Positions 63,892-64,000 of a stretch of 64,000 nucleotides of DNA are shown here, in pieces. The stretch is from a virus. Numbering within the stretch: the first letter of the stretch is position 1; every line of letters starts with the position of its first letter. Where the stretch lies: positions 66,948 to 130,947 of IMG/VR virus record IMGVR_UViG_3300016466_000859; one strand, 5' to 3'. Position numbers and translations under genes: made by a program. The notes beneath the pieces are model-generated. The model saw nothing but the letters and a program-made list of their open reading frames with translations, did no database searches and had not been told where the DNA came from.

Positions 63892-64000
63892 AAATCCTTT
63901 ACCAACTTGAATTGTAAAAAACCTTGAACCCGGAAAAGATCTCTGCCCGGGCATTACGGATGAATTCTAGGTCCTGATCGCGATAGTGCTCATCAGAGTT

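Noticed and set aside
1-64000. tRNA, rRNA or CRISPR arrays
   Set aside because: No cloverleaf/T-loop or repeat-spacer arrays recognised by eye; tRNAscan-SE and CRISPR finders would be needed to be certain

Overview
This 64 kb window is a densely coded segment of a large (jumbo-type) T4-superfamily-like dsDNA tailed phage genome, read almost entirely from the minus strand with the standard genetic code. The host is inferred to be a Gram-negative proteobacterium, possibly a betaproteobacterium, from the spanins, TctC/TctA, a phasin-like gene and aceA. Core phage functions are a family B DNA polymerase, a sliding-clamp-like protein, a T4 RNase H-like nuclease, ThyA, DHFR, PhoH, a MoxR-like AAA/VWA pair, a ClpA-like ATPase, DnaJ and a lysis cassette (holin, M15 endolysin, spanins). 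Accessory content includes: (i) a dispersed 7-deazaguanine DNA-modification pathway (QueE, QueD, FolE, a DpdL-like T-fold protein, a TGT-fold DpdA, no QueC in the window) interleaved with a glycosyltransferase, an epimerase and a miniature aminotransferase; (ii) a triplicated, AT-rich, translationally coupled two-gene module of an unknown ~230-270 aa protein plus a WSGGxDST PP-loop ATP pyrophosphatase; (iii) isocitrate lyase and a phasin-like gene, 32 kb apart, which share a 21-nt promoter element (18/21 identical) made of a PhaR-like TGTTGC-N3-GCAA(C/T)A palindrome fused to the recurrent phage TAAATA box; (iv) two signal-peptide-less TRAP DctP proteins and a TctA + 2xTctC cassette. Two promoter classes are visible: sigma70-like (TTGAC(A/C)-17/18-TAnAAT) and TAAATA. 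I found no tRNA, rRNA, CRISPR array, intron or intein by eye. All calls come from visual motif reading; no database searches were run.
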